Positions 14,483 to 32,866 are shown, counted from the stretch's first letter. The stretch: DNA of 64,000 nt from the human T2T-CHM13v2.0 reference genome, Homo sapiens (GCF_009914755.1 NC_060936.1); one strand, 5' to 3'. Numbers and translations are program-made. The notes: generated from the letters alone by a model not told the origin.

Positions 14483-15155
14483 TAAGGCCACTAACTTCTA
14501 ACTCCACATTCACCGCAAATGGCAAACAAACTCTTAGGCTCCCCAGGCTTCCCTCTCACTGACACCCACAGGGTCCCCAATTTCTCACCCTCACCCACCC
14601 GCACACCCATCACAGACACTTGCACGCATACTTGGCATTGATCCCAAGCCCTCCGATCATTCCTCCTCACAGACCTCACTGCCCACCCCATCAGTCATTC
14701 AGTCATCTCTGGTACCCGGTCACTAATACAAACAAGCTCCTTCTCACCTGGTTCCAACACCCTCAAATAACAAAGCCAATGCCAGGGCACGAGCCAATAA
14801 AACTGTCCCCCATTCAACGATGTACACTGGACCCTTTATTCCTAATCCTCCACAGGCCCCCAGACACTTACCATTCCTACGTCACACCATAGACCTCACA
14901 TGCCAGGCAGAGTTATCCCTACAGGCCCAACTGATGACTGGACCTCAGTGACTCCCACAGGGCTTTTAAATACAGATGCCAGACACCATAATCACCAGCA
15001 CCCCCAAAGCCCCACTTAAGAATCACCACAGACTGAAACCCCAAACTCTGAGTCCCAAAGGATCCCCACAGAACTCAGATACTCCTGCAGATGAGCTGGG
15101 GAGGGGAGGAGAAGGGTGGGGAGCGGGGGAGAAGGGGCTTCAGTCACTCCTGCAG

Positions 15156-18100
15156 GTGAGGTGGGGAGGGGATGAGAAGGATGGGGGAGGAGAAGGGTGG
15201 GGAGGGGAGGAGAAGGGTGGGGAGGGAGGAGAAGGGTGGGGAGGGGAGGAGAAGGGTGGGGAGGGGAGGAAAGGGTGGGGAGGGGAGGAAAGGGTGGGGA
15301 GGGGGGAGAAGGGGTGGGAGGGGAGGAAAAGGGTGGGGAGGGGGAGAAGGGTGGGGGGAGGGGGGAGAAGGGTGGGGAGGGGAGGAGAAGGGTGGGGAGG
15401 GGGGAGAAGGGTGGGGAGGGGGGAGAAGGGTGGGGAGGGGGGAGAAGGGTGGGGAGGGGGGGAGAAGTGTGGGGAGGGGGGAGAAGGGTGTGGGGAGGGG
15501 GAGAGGGTGGGGAGGGGGGAGAAGGGTGGTGGAGAGGGGGAGAAGGGTGGGGAGGGGGGGGAGAAGGGATGGGGAGGGGGGAGAAGGGTGGGGAGGGGGG
15601 AGAAGGGTGGGGGGAGGGGGGGAGAGGGTGGGGGAGGGGGAGAAGGGTGGGAGGGGGCGAAGGGGAGAGGGGGGAGAAGGGGTGGGGAGGGGGGAGAAGG
15701 GTGGGGAGGGGGGAGAAGGGTGGGGAGGGGGGAGAAGGGTGGGGAGGGGGAGAAGGGTGGGGAGGGGGGAGAAGGGTGGGAGGGGGGAGAAGGGTGGGGA
15801 GGGGGAGAAGGGTGGGGAGGGGGGAGAAGGGTGGGGAGGGGGAGAAGGTGGGGAGGGGGGAGAAGGGTGGGGAGGGGGGGAGAAGGGTGGGAGGGGGGAG
15901 AAGGGTGGGGAGGGGGGGAGAAGGGTGGGGAGGGGGAGAAGGGTGGGGAGGGGGGAGAAGGGTGGGGAGGGGGGAGAAGGGTGGGGAGGGGGGGAGAAGG
16001 GTGGGAGGGGGGAGAAGGGTGGGGAGGGGGGAGAAGGGGTGGGGAGGGGGAGAAGGGTGGGAGGGGGAGAAGGGTGGGAGGGGGGAGAAGGGTGGGAGGG
16101 GGGGGAGAAGGGTGGGGAGGGGGGAGAAGGGTGGGAGGGGGGGAGAAGGGTGGGAGGGGGGAGAAGGGTGGGGAGGGGGGAGAAGGGTGGGGAGGGGGGG
16201 AGAAGGGTGGGGAGGGGAGAAGTGTGGGGAGGGGGAGAAGGGTGGGGAGGGGGGAGAAGGGTGGGGAGGGGAGGAGAAGGGTGGGGAGGGGGAGAAGGGT
16301 GGGGAGGGGGGAGAAGGGTGGGAGGGGGGAGAAGGGTGGGAGGGGGGGAGAAGGGTGGGGAGGGGAGGAGAAGGGTGGGAGGGGGGAGAAGGGTGGGGAG
16401 GGGGGAGAAGGGTGGGAGGGGGAGAAGGGTGGGGAGGGGGGGGAGAAGTGTGGGGAGGGGGGAGAAGTGTGGGAGGGGGGAGAAGGGTGGGGAGGGGGAG
16501 AAGTGTGGGGAGGGGGGAGAAGGGTGGGAGGGGGGGAGAAGGGTGGGAGGGGAGGAGAAGGGTGGGAGGGGGGGAGAAGTGTGGGGAGGGGGGAGAAGGG
16601 TGGGGAGGGGGAGAAGTGTGGGAGGGGGGAGAAGGGTGGGAGGGGGGAGAAGGGTGGGAGGGGAGGAGAAGGGTGGGAGGGGGAGAAGGGTGGGAGGGGG
16701 AGAAGGGTGGGGAGGGGGGAGAAGGGTGGGGAGGGGGGAGAAGGGTGGGGAGGGGGAGAAGGGTGGGGAGGGGGAGAAGGGTGGGGAGGGGAGGAGAAGG
16801 GTGGGGAGGGGGGAGAAGTGTGGGAGGGGGGAGAAGGGTGGGGAGGGGAGGAGAAGGGTGGGAGGGGGGAGAAGGGTGGGGAGGGGGAGAAGTGTGGGGA
16901 GGGGGGAGAAGGGTGGGAGGGGAGGAGAAGGGTGGGGAGGGGGGAGAAGGGTGGGGAGGGGGGAGAAGGGTGGGAGGGGGGAAGAAGGGTGGGGAGGGGG
17001 AGAAGGGTGGGGAGGGGGGAGAAGGGTGGGGAGGGGGGAGAAGGGTGGGAGGGGGGAGAAGGGTGGGGAGGGGGGAAGAAGGGTGGGAGGGGGAGAAGGG
17101 TGGGAGGGGGGGAGAAGGGTGGGGAGGGGGGAGAAGGGTGGGAGGGGAGGAGAAGGGTGGGAGGGGGGAGAAGGGTGGGAGGGGAGGAGAAGGGTGGGAG
17201 GGGGGAGAAGTGTGGGAGGGGGGGAGAAGGGTGGGGAGGGGAGGAGAAGGGTGGGGAGGGGGAGGAGAAGGGTGGGAGGGGGGAGAAGGGTGGGAGGGGG
17301 GAGAAGGGTGGGGAGGGGAGGAGAAGGGTGGGAGGGGGGGAGAAGGGTGGGAGGGGGGAGAAGTGTGGGAGGGGGGGAGAAGGGTGGGGAGGGGAGGAGA
17401 AGGGTGGGAGGGGGAGAAGGGTGGGGAGGGGGGAGAAGGGTGGGGAGGGGGGAGAAGGGTGGGAGGGGGAGAAGGGTGGGAGGGGGAGGACAAGGGTGGG
17501 GAGGGGGGAGAAGTGTGGGGAGGGGGGAGAAGTGTGGGGAGGGGGGGAGAAGTGTGGGAGGGGGGAGAAGGGTGGGGAGGGGGAGGAGAAGGGTGGGGAG
17601 GGGGAGAAGGGTGGGGAGGGGGAGAAGGGTGGGGAGGGGGGAGAAGGGTGGGAGGGGAGGAGAAGGGTGGGGAGGGGGGAGAAGGGTGGGAGGGGGGAGA
17701 AGGGTGGGAGGGGGAGAAGGGTGGGGAGGGGGAGGAGAAGGGTGGGGAGGGGGGGAGAAGGGTGGGAGGGGAGGAGAAGGGTGGGAGGGGGGAGAAGGGT
17801 GGGAGGGGAGGAGAAGGGTGGGGAGGGGGGGAGAAGGGTGGGAGGGGGAGAAGGGTGGGGAGGGGGGAGAAGGGTGGGGAGGGGGGGAGAAGGGTGGGAG
17901 GGGAGGAGAAGGGTGGGGAGGGGAGGAGAAGTGTGGGAGGGGGGAGAAGGGTGGAGGGGGAGGAGAGGGGTGGGAGGGGGGAGAAGGGTGGGGGGGAGAA
18001 GGGTGGGGAGGGGGGGAGAAGGGTGGGAGGGGGAGGAGAAGTGTGGGAGGGGGGGAGAAGGGTGGGGAGGGGAGGAGAAGGGTGGGGAGGGGGGAGAAGG

Positions 18101-21100
18101 GTGGGGAGGGGGGAGAAGGGTGGGAGGGGAGGAGAAGGGTGGGGAGGGGGGGAGAAGGGTGGGGAGGGGAGGAGAAGGGTGGGGAGGGGGGGAGAAGGGT
18201 GGGGAGGGGGGAGAAGGGTGGGAGGGGGGAGAAGGGTGGGAGGGGGGAGAAGGGTGGGGAGGGGGGAGAAGGGTGGGAGGGGGAGAAGGGTGGGAGGGGA
18301 GGAGAAGGGTGGGGAGGGGGGAGAAGGGTGGGAGGGGGGAGAAGGGTGGGAGGGGGAGAAGGGTGGGAGGGGGAGAAGGGTGGGGAGGGGGGAGAAGGGT
18401 GGGGAGGGGGGAGAAGGGTGGGGAGGGGGGAGAAGGGTGGGAGGGGGGAGAAGGGTGGGAGGGGAGGAGAAGGGTGGGGAGGGGGGAAGGGGCGGGGAGA
18501 AGGGTGGGGAGGGGGGGAGAAGGGTGGGGAGGGGGAGGAGAAGGGTGGGAGGGGGGAGAAGGGTGGGAGGGGAGGAGAAGGGTGGGGAGGGGAGGAGAAG
18601 GGTGGGGAGGGGGGGAGAAGGGTGGGAGGGGGGAGAAGGGTGGGAGGGGAGGAGAAGGGTGGGAGGGGGGAGAAGGGTGGGGAGGGGAGGAGAAGGGTGG
18701 GGAGGGGGAGGAGAAGGGTGGGGAGGGGGGAGAAGGGTGGGGAGGGGAGGAGAAGGGTGGGAGGGGGGAGAAGGGTGGGAGGGGGGAGAAGGGTGGGAGG
18801 GGGGGAGAAGGGTGGGAGGGGGGAGAAGGGTGGGAGGGGAGGAGAAGGGTGGGGAGGGGAGGAGAAGGGTGGGGAGGGGGGAGAAGGGTGGGGAGGGGGG
18901 GAGAAGGGTGGGAGGGGGAGGAGAAGGGTGGGAGGGGGGAGAAGGGTGGGGAGGGGGGAGGAGAAGGGTGGGAGGGGAGGAGAAGGGGTGGGGAGGGGGG
19001 AGAAGGGTGGGGAGGGGAGGAGAAGGGTGGGGAGGGGGGAGAAGGGTGGGGAGGGGGGAGAAGGGTGGGGAGGGGGGAGAAGGGTGGGGAGGGGAGGAGA
19101 AGGGTGGGAGGGGGAGGAGAAGGGTGGGGAGGGGGGAGAAGGGTGGGAGGGGGAGGAGAAGGGTGGGGAGGGGGGAGAAGGGTGGGGAGGGGGGGAGAAG
19201 GGTGGGGAGGGGGGAGAAGGGTGGGAGGGGAGGAGAAGGGTGGGAGGGGGGAGAAGGGTGGGGAGGGGAGGAGAAGGGTGGGAGGGGGAGGAGAAGGGTG
19301 GGGAGGGGGGGAGAAGGGTGGGGAGGGGAGGAGAAGGGTGGGAGGGGGAGAAGGGTGGGGAGGGGGAGGAGAAGGGTGGGAGGGGGGAGAAGGGTGGGAG
19401 GGGGAGAAGGGTGGGAGGGGAGGAGAAGGGTGGGGAGGGGAGGAGAAGGGTGGGAGGGGGGAGAAGGGTGGGGAGGGGAGGAGAAGGGTGGGGAGGGGGG
19501 AGAAGGGTGGGGAGGGGGGAGAAGGGTGGGGAGGGGGGAGAAGGGTGGGAGGGGGGGAGAAGGGTGGGAGGGGAGGAGAAGGGTGGGGAGGGGGGGAGAA
19601 GGGTGGGGAGGGGGGAGAAGGGTGGGGAGGGGGGGAGAAGGTGGGAGGGGGGAGAAGGGTGGGGAGGGGAGGAGAAGGGTGGGAGGGGGGAGAAGGGTGG
19701 GGAGGGGGGAGAAGGGTGGGAGGGGGGAGAAGGGTGGGGAGGGGAGGAGAAGGGTGGGAGGGGGGAGAAGTGTGGGAGGGGGGGAGAAGGGTGGGAGGGG
19801 GGAGAAGGGTGGGGAGGGGAGGAGAAGGGTGGGGAGGGGGGGAGAAGGGTGGGAGGGGAGGAGAAGGGTGGGAGGGGGAGAAGGGTGGGAGGGGGGGAGA
19901 AGGGTGGGGAGGGGAGGAGAAGGGTGGGAGGGGAGGAGAAGGGTGGGGAGGGGGGGAGAAGGGTGGGAGGGGGGGAGAAGGGTGGGGAGGGGAGGAGAAG
20001 GGTGGGGAGGCGGGGGAGAAGGGTGGGAGGGGGGAGAAGGGTGGGAGGGGGGAGAAGGGTGGGGAGGGGAGGAGAAGGGTGGGAGGGGGAGAAGTGTGGG
20101 AGGGGGGAGAAGGGTGGGAGGGGGGGAGAAGGGTGGGGAGGGGGGGGGAGAAGGGTGGGGAGGGGGAGGAGAAGGGTGGGGAGGGGAGGAGAAGGGTGGG
20201 GAGGGGGGGAGAAGGGTGGGGAGGGGTGGAGAAGGGTGGGGGAGGGGGGAGAAGGGTGGGGAGGGGGAGGGAAGGGTGGGGAGGGGGGGAGAAGGGTGGG
20301 GAGGGGGAGGAGGAAGGGTGGGGAGGGGGGAGAAGGGTGGGGAGGGGAGGAGAAGGGTGGGGAGGGGGGAGAAGGGTGGGGAGGGGGGAGAAGGGTGGGG
20401 AGGGGAGGAGGAAGGGTGGGGAGGGGGGGAGAAGGGTGGGGAGGGGGGAGAAGGGTGGGGAGGGGTGAGGAGAAGGTGGGGAGGGGGGGGAGAAGGGTGG
20501 GGAGGGGGGGAGAAGGGTGGGAGGGGGGAGAAGGGTGGGGAGGGGGGGGAGAAGGGTGGGGAGGGGGGAGAAGGGTGGGGAGGGGGAGGAGAAGGTGGGG
20601 AGGGGGGGAGAAGGGTGGGGAGGGGGGGGAGAAGGGTGGGGAGGGGGGAGAAGGGTGGGGAGGGGGGGAGAAGGGTGGGGAGGGGGGGAGAAGGGTGGGG
20701 AGGGGGGAGAAGGGTGGGGAGGGGGGGAGAAGGGCTGGGGAGGGGGGAGAAGGGTGGGGAGGGGGGGAGAAGGTGGGGAGGGGGGAGAGGGTGGGAGGGG
20801 GAGAAGGGTGGGGAGGGGGGAGGGGGGGGAGAAGGGGTGGGGAGGGGGGGAGAAGGGTGGGGAGGGGGGGAGAAGGGTGGGGAGGGGGGGAGAAGGGGTG
20901 GGGAGGGGGGTGAGAAGGGTGGGGAGGGGGGAGAAGGGTGGGGAGGGGGGAGAAGGGAGGGGAGGGGGGAGAGAAGGGTGGGGAGGGGGGGGAAGGGTGG
21001 GGAGGGGAGGAGAAGGTGGGAGGGGAGGAGAAGGGTGGGAGGGGAAAGGGTGGGGAGGGGGGAGAAGGGTGGGGAGGGGGAGAAGGGTGGGAGGGTGGAG

Positions 21101-21851
21101 AAGGGTGGGGAGGGGAGGAGAAGGGTGGGGAGGGGGGAGAAGGGTGGGGGAGGGGGGAGAAGGGTGGGGAGGGGGAGAAGGGTGGGAGGGGGGAGAAGGG
21201 GGGGAGGGAGGAGAAGGGTGGGGAGGGGGGAGAAGGGTGGGGGAGGGGGGGAGAAGGGTGGGGGAGGGGGGGAGAAGGGTGGGAGGGGAGGAGAGGGTGG
21301 GGAGGGGGAGGAGAAGGGTGGGGGAGGGGGGGGAGAAGGGTGGGGAGGGGGGGAGAAGGGGTGGGGAGGGGGGAGAAGGGTGGGGAGGGGGGAGAAGGGT
21401 GGGAGGGGAAAGGGTGGGGAGGGGGGGAGAAGGGTGGGGAGGGGGGGGAGAAGGGTGGGGAGGGGGGAGAAGGGTGGGGAGGGGGAGGAGAAGGGTGGGG
21501 AGGGGAGGAGAAGTGTGGGGAGGGGGGAGAAGGGTGGGGAGGGGAGGAGAAGGGTGGGGAGGGGGGGGAGAAGGTGGGGGAGGGGGGAGAAGGGTGGGGA
21601 GGGGGGAGAAGGGGTGGGAGGGGGGAGAAGGGTGGGGAGGGGGGGGGAGAAGGGGTGGGGAAGGGGGAGAAGGGTGGGGGGGAGAAGGGTAGGGAGGGGA
21701 GGAGAAGGGTGGGGGAGGGGGGGAAGAAGGGTGGGGGAGGGGGGGGGAGAAGGGGTGGGGAGGGGGGGGGAGAAGGGTGGGGAAGGGGGAGAAGGGTGGG
21801 GGGAGAAGGGTAGGGAGGGGAGGAGAAGGGTGGGGAGGGGAGGAGAAGGGG
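15156..21851. repeat. ~6.7-kb G-rich minisatellite, ~19-23-bp unit (ggagaagggtggggaggggg), roughly 300+ copies, in ZNF605 intron 1
   Basis: Directly visible. Units vary in G-run length, by gga insertions, and as aagtgtggg variants. Confidence 0.98.
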
Positions 21852-23229
21852 CTTCTGTCCTGGGACGAACACACTGGTCTCCATTCACTCACTTCATCAG
21901 GTGCCCAAGTCAGGCGCTCACAGAGCCCCTCCCCTGTAACTGACATTCTGAGGCTTGCGCCACAGACCCCCTAAATTAGACCCCAGTCACTCAATGCCCA
22001 GGGATCCCTAATCCCTTATCCCCGGGGCCCCCAAGCATTCGCCCCCATGACACCCCATTCTCTAATCCACTCCATGCTGGAGCATTCACTGACATTCCCA
22101 CAGGCCCTCCCAAACACCACCTGGAAAGGGATTGTGGGGCTCTGCACAAATGCCGATCCCGCAGGCCCCTCCAATGACGCCAAGTATGACCCCCGTTGTC
22201 CACGCACTCACAACTTGCAACAGGTCCACCATTAACTTACATCCAGACTCCCTTGTCACAAATACACAGCGCCATTCCTAATGCTTCCATCATAAGATCC
22301 CCAAACACAAGCACAGAAACAAACCCCAGCCACTCGCCAGCATAGGCCACCCCATACTCGCCTCCGCTATTGGAGACAGGGGTTGAAAGAGCAACCACTG
22401 TTATTCAGCTGTCAAATAAAACATACAACTGGACAGAGCAAAGAAAGACGGTTCCAAAGGGTTATTGGAAGTGGGGAAAAAAAGACGCGGAAGAGGGTTG
22501 GGAAGGGGAAGGAGAACGGGCTTCTGGGAAGAACCGTGAAGCCACGAGACTCACGTGCATCTCTGCAAGGCAAAAAGGGTTTTTCTTTCACAGAGAGGTG
22601 TGAACAAGGTTAGCAAAGACCAGGCCTGGCCAAGCGAGGTGGAAGTGCGGGCGACCAGACAGCAGAGCGGGGAAAGCTTGACCCTGAGCCAGCCTGTTCT
22701 CAGGCGAGGCTGCGTGTTGGCTCAGGCTGGGGATGGGCCAAAGCTCAAGAAAATGGGGAAAGGAAAGAAGCTTAGCTAAAGTTTGCTTAAGGAGCATTTT
22801 GCTCCGACCGCTCGGTGGAGTTCAGCCAGTCACCGATGAGGCAAGCGACGGCAACGTGGCAGGTCTGTGTGAACAAGGGGCATCCTGGAGGCTGACCAAA
22901 GTCATATAGGGAACGGGAGATCTTTGCAGTGAGCCATTTGCTGGAACCCAAAAGGGTGGGAAATTCCTCAACCTTCGCTGTTTTCCAGGAGCACAGGGCT
23001 CTGGTGAAATCCAACACTGTCACAGCCGGCAGGCTTTCCAGTGAATGGAACCCACACAAGCAAGCCCCTAAGCCCTCCAACGCAGGCCCCCGCAGAAGCC
23101 TCATCATTCACCCCGCTGGCCTCCAATGCTCACCCAAAGGCATCCAAATCATTCATCAGCAGAGTCCTAATCGCTGCAGACAAATCCTCCACACGGCCTC
23201 CCAGGGGCCCCTCTCCCCTGGGGCCAAGG

Positions 23230-23800
23230 GCAACCTCGCGTCCCCTTGCCCCGCCCGTGCTGCACCCCAAGTCTACAGCGACCTCCATAGGCCCCCAGTG
23301 AATCGCCCAGCTGACCCCAAATCTCCCCCGACACCCACATTCAGCGCCCCGCCGCCGCCCGCCCTACAGCCCCCACCCCACCCTCTGCCTCCCACCCCCG
23401 CGCGCCCCCAGAGCCCCCGCCTGAGGCCCGCCTTCCGCGCATGCGCCCAGGCCGGTCCGCAGGCCTTTCTCGCCCCAGCCGGCAGCCAGCTCGTTCGCGC
23501 TGGGGTCACCGCGAGCCGGTCCGCAGCGGGGTCACCGCGATCCCCGGCGCAGACACAGAGGCCGCCCCCAGCCCCGCCGCCTCGTGGTCCCGCCCCCGCT
23601 GCACGCTCCCTTACCCCTCGGACCTCGCAGGGCCGCGGCGGACACGGCCCGATCGGGGACGTGAACGCGCAGAACTACATTTCCCAGCGTCCCGCTCGCG
23701 CTGGAACTACACTTCCCGGGGGGCTCGGCGGTGCACCCGCCGGGGTCGCGGATTGGAGGTTTCCGGTTGGAAAAGCCCCTTGGCGGCTAACTGGGGAGGA
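23230..23800 (-). promoter_or_regulatory. ZNF605: ZNF605 CpG-island promoter with NRF1 and two ZNF143/THAP11-type motifs
   Basis: CpG-dense. GCGCATGCGC at 23437-23446, ACTACATTTCCCAG at 23674-23687, ACTACACTTCCCGG at 23706-23719, and GC boxes. Confidence 0.88.
23615..23680 (-). other. ZNF605: ZNF605 exon 1 (non-coding; TSS approximate)
   Basis: Donor GAGGG|gtaagg (GT at 23614-23613) inside the CpG island, just downstream of the ACTACA motifs. Confidence 0.7.
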
Positions 23801-24127
23801 CTGGAAGAAATCTAGGATGGAGCCAGCACTGCTGGCCCAACATGTCTGTGAGAGAACCTAAAGGCGCCTCCAGGAGGAAGCGTCTGCATCTTTTCCTTGT
23901 TTTTTTTTTTTTTTTTTTTTGGAGGCAGGGTCTCGCTCTGTCACCCAGTGGGGAGTGCAGTGGTGCCATGAACGCTCATTGCAGCCTCAGGCTGGTCTCC
24001 GACTCCTGGGTTCAAATGATCCTCCTGCCCCAGCCTCCCAAAATGCTGGAATTACAGGCATGAGTCACTGCGTCCGGCTGCTTTTCCATTTTTCATCGTA
24101 GCTGTAAGTAATATCGGTAAATGTTAG

Positions 24128-24808
<681 letters not shown>

Positions 24809-25298
24809 TTTAGTACATCCAATCCAGCAGTATTGACAAAAGGAATGAAAATAGATGATAGGGTTGGGCGCGGTGGCTCACGGCTGTAATCCCAGCACTT
24901 TGGGAGGCTGAGGTGGGCGGATCACCAGGTCAGGAGATTGAGACCATCCTGGCCAACACGGTGAAACCCCGTCTCTACTAAAAATACAGAACATTAGCTG
25001 GGCGTGGTGGTGGGCGCCTGTAATCCCATCTACTCGGGAGGCTGAGGCAGGAGAATCACTTGAACTCGGGAGGCGGGGGTTGCGGTGAGCCATCATGCCG
25101 CTGCACTCTAGCCTGGCAACAGAGTGAGACCTCATCTCAAGAAAAAAAAAAGGAAAAATAAATGAGATGAGGACATTACAGGGAAATAAAATATATTTAT
25201 GGATATATAAAGCAGTGGCTTGTCCCTGTAGTCCCAACTACTGGAGGCTGAGGCAGGAGGATTGCCTGAGCCTGGGAGGTTGAGGCTGCAGTGAGCTA

Positions 25299-25535
<237 letters not shown>

Positions 25536-25807
25536 TCATACCTGTAATCCCACCTACTCAGGAGGTGGAGGCATGAGAATTGCTTGAACCCAGGAGGCAG
25601 AGGTTGCAGTGAGCTGAGATCTCACCACTGCACTCCACCCTGGGAGACAGAGTGAGATTCTGTCTAAAAAAAAAAAAAAAGAAAAAGAAAAACTGTAAAA
25701 GCATATTAGTTTTTTAAAATAAAAATGGGGAGAAACAGGAAACACACTCACAATTGGCAATTTAAAAAATTGAAATGGCCATAAAGACCAAATTAAAGTA
25801 TATATGA

Positions 25808-26071
<264 letters not shown>

Positions 26072-26440
26072 TGATCCGCCTGCCTCGGCCTCCCGAAGTG
26101 CTGGGATTACAGGCGTGAGCCACTGCGCCCAGCCACTCCCAGCTACTTTTTGTATTTTTAGTAGAGATGGGTTTCACCATGTTGGCAAGGCTGGTCTCAA
26201 ACTCCTGACCTCTGGTGATCCATGCGTCTCGGACTCCCAAAGTGCTGGGATTACAGACCTGAGCCACCGTACCCAGCCCACATTGCCCTGCTTCTAACTG
26301 AGATTCAACTTTATTTAAGCAAACCAATTCCATGCTCAACAGAGCTAAAATTAAAATTCTGCTTTAAGGTAGTTTTGTTTTTGTTCTCAGAAAATTTTGC
26401 TGTTCACAGATTTATGATTTTCACTTTTCTCCGAGGTTAA

Positions 26441-26719
<279 letters not shown>

Positions 26720-26849
26720 TGATCCGCCTGTCTTGGCCTCCCAAAGTGCTGGGATTACAGGCATGAGCCACTGAGCATGGCCATGGCCTTTTCTTTCATT
26801 CCAATTTTGGTCAGGAAAGAAAACAGTTTCTCTCTCTAAAAAAAAATTC

Positions 26850-29333
<2,484 letters not shown>

Positions 29334-29453
29334 TAGCTGGAATTACAGGTGCCTGCCACCACGCCCGCCACGCCTGGCTAAATTTGTATTTTTAGTGGAG
29401 ACGGGGTTTCGCCATGTTGGCCGGGCTGGTCTCCATCTCCTGACCTCAGGTGA

Positions 29454-29742
<289 letters not shown>

Positions 29743-29838
29743 TAGCCAGGATGGTCTGCATCTCCTGACCTCGTGATCTGCCCGCCTCGGCTTCACAAAG
29801 TGCTGGGATTACAGGCTTGAGCCACCATGCCCGGCTGA

Positions 29839-30039
<201 letters not shown>

Positions 30040-30619
30040 TAGTAGAGACGGGGTTTCACCATGTTAGCCAGGATGGTCTTGATCTCCTGACCTTGTGATC
30101 TGGCTGCCTTGGCCTCCCAGAGTGCTGGGATTACAGGCGTGAGCCACCGCACCTGGCCAAACTTTTTATATTTTTAGTAGAGATGGGGTTTAAACATATT
30201 GGCCAGGCTGGTCTCTTAACTCCTCCCACCTCGGCCTCCCAAAGTGCTGGGATTATAGGCGTGAGCCAGCACACCAGGCCCTTTTAGTTATTTTAAATTA
30301 GCATATCCTATGCTGATTGAAGCCCTGGAGTCAGCTATTCCTGAAGCCTACAGATCGACTTCTTTGGTTATAAAAGCCAATAGATTTCCTCTATTAGTCT
30401 AAGCTAGTTTGAGTTATATTTCTGGCAGAGCCTTATTACAAATTTACTCTTTTTTTTTTCTTTTCATTTCTTTCTGTTTGAGACAGGATCTTACTTTGTG
30501 AACCAATGGGAATGCAGTGGTGCAAATACAGTTTGCATCTCCACCTTCCAGGCTCAGGTGATCCTCCCACCTCAGCCTCCTGAGTAGCTGGGACCACAGG
30601 CACGTGCCACCATGCCTAG

Positions 30620-30832
<213 letters not shown>

Positions 30833-31196
30833 TAGTCTCAAACTCCTGACCTCAGGTGATCCGCCTACCTCGGCCTCCCATACTGCTGGGATTACAGGCT
30901 TGAGCCACTGTGTCCAGCCTAATGCCTGGTTAATTTTTGTAAAGACGGGGTTTCACCATGTTGCCCAGGCTGCTCTCGAACTCCTGAGCTCTAGTGATCC
31001 ACCCACCTTGACCTCCCAAAGTGCTGGGATTACAGGTATGAGCAATTGCACCCAGCCACAAATTCACTTTTACTTCGAAAGAGTCTTAATACAAACTTAC
31101 TGTAGTAATTATGTAGGGCATTCCCAGCATCTGTTTCCATGCCAATCAAAAGAACCCTAAGCTAAATAATTTAAAAATATAGAAGTAAAAGAAATC

Positions 31197-32438
<1,242 letters not shown>

Positions 32439-32866
32439 TGATCCACCCACTTCGGCCTCCCAAAGTGCTGGGATTACAGGCGTGAGCCATACTTTTTTTT
32501 TTTTTTTTTTAATGCATGTTGTTGCAACTCTGCTTTTTCTTCTGAGACAGGGTCTCACTCTGTCACCCAGGCTGGAGTGCAAGGGTGTGATCATGCCTCA
32601 TTGCAGCCTTGGCCTCCTCCCACTCAGCCTCCCAAGTAGCAGGGAGTACAGGCACATGCCACCGTGCCTAGATAATTTTCTGAAAATTTTTTTTGTAGAG
32701 ACAGGTTTTGCCATCTTGCCCAGGCTGGCCTCAAAGTCCTGAGCACAAGTGCTAGAATTACAGGCGTGAGCCACCATGACTGCGTGCCTGGCCCAACTCT
32801 ACCTCTTTTTTTTTTTTTTTTTTTTTTTGAGATGGAGTCTCTGTAGGCTGGAGTGCAGTGGCGTGA

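Noticed and set aside
15156-21851. SVA element or telomeric/TAR repeat
   Set aside because: There is no CCCTCT hexamer array, Alu-like domain, SINE-R, poly(A) or TSD, and no TTAGGG. A local 65-bp progenitor explains the array.
14976-21946. Six ORFs of 1,800-2,300 aa as extensin-, collagen- or mucin-like genes
   Set aside because: They are open in nearly all frames because the repeat alphabet almost never forms stop codons. The region is intronic and shows no domain structure.
22929-23861. 310-aa Pro/Ala-rich ORF over the ZNF605 promoter
   Set aside because: It has a GTG start, lies in a stop-poor CpG island and has no recognisable domain.
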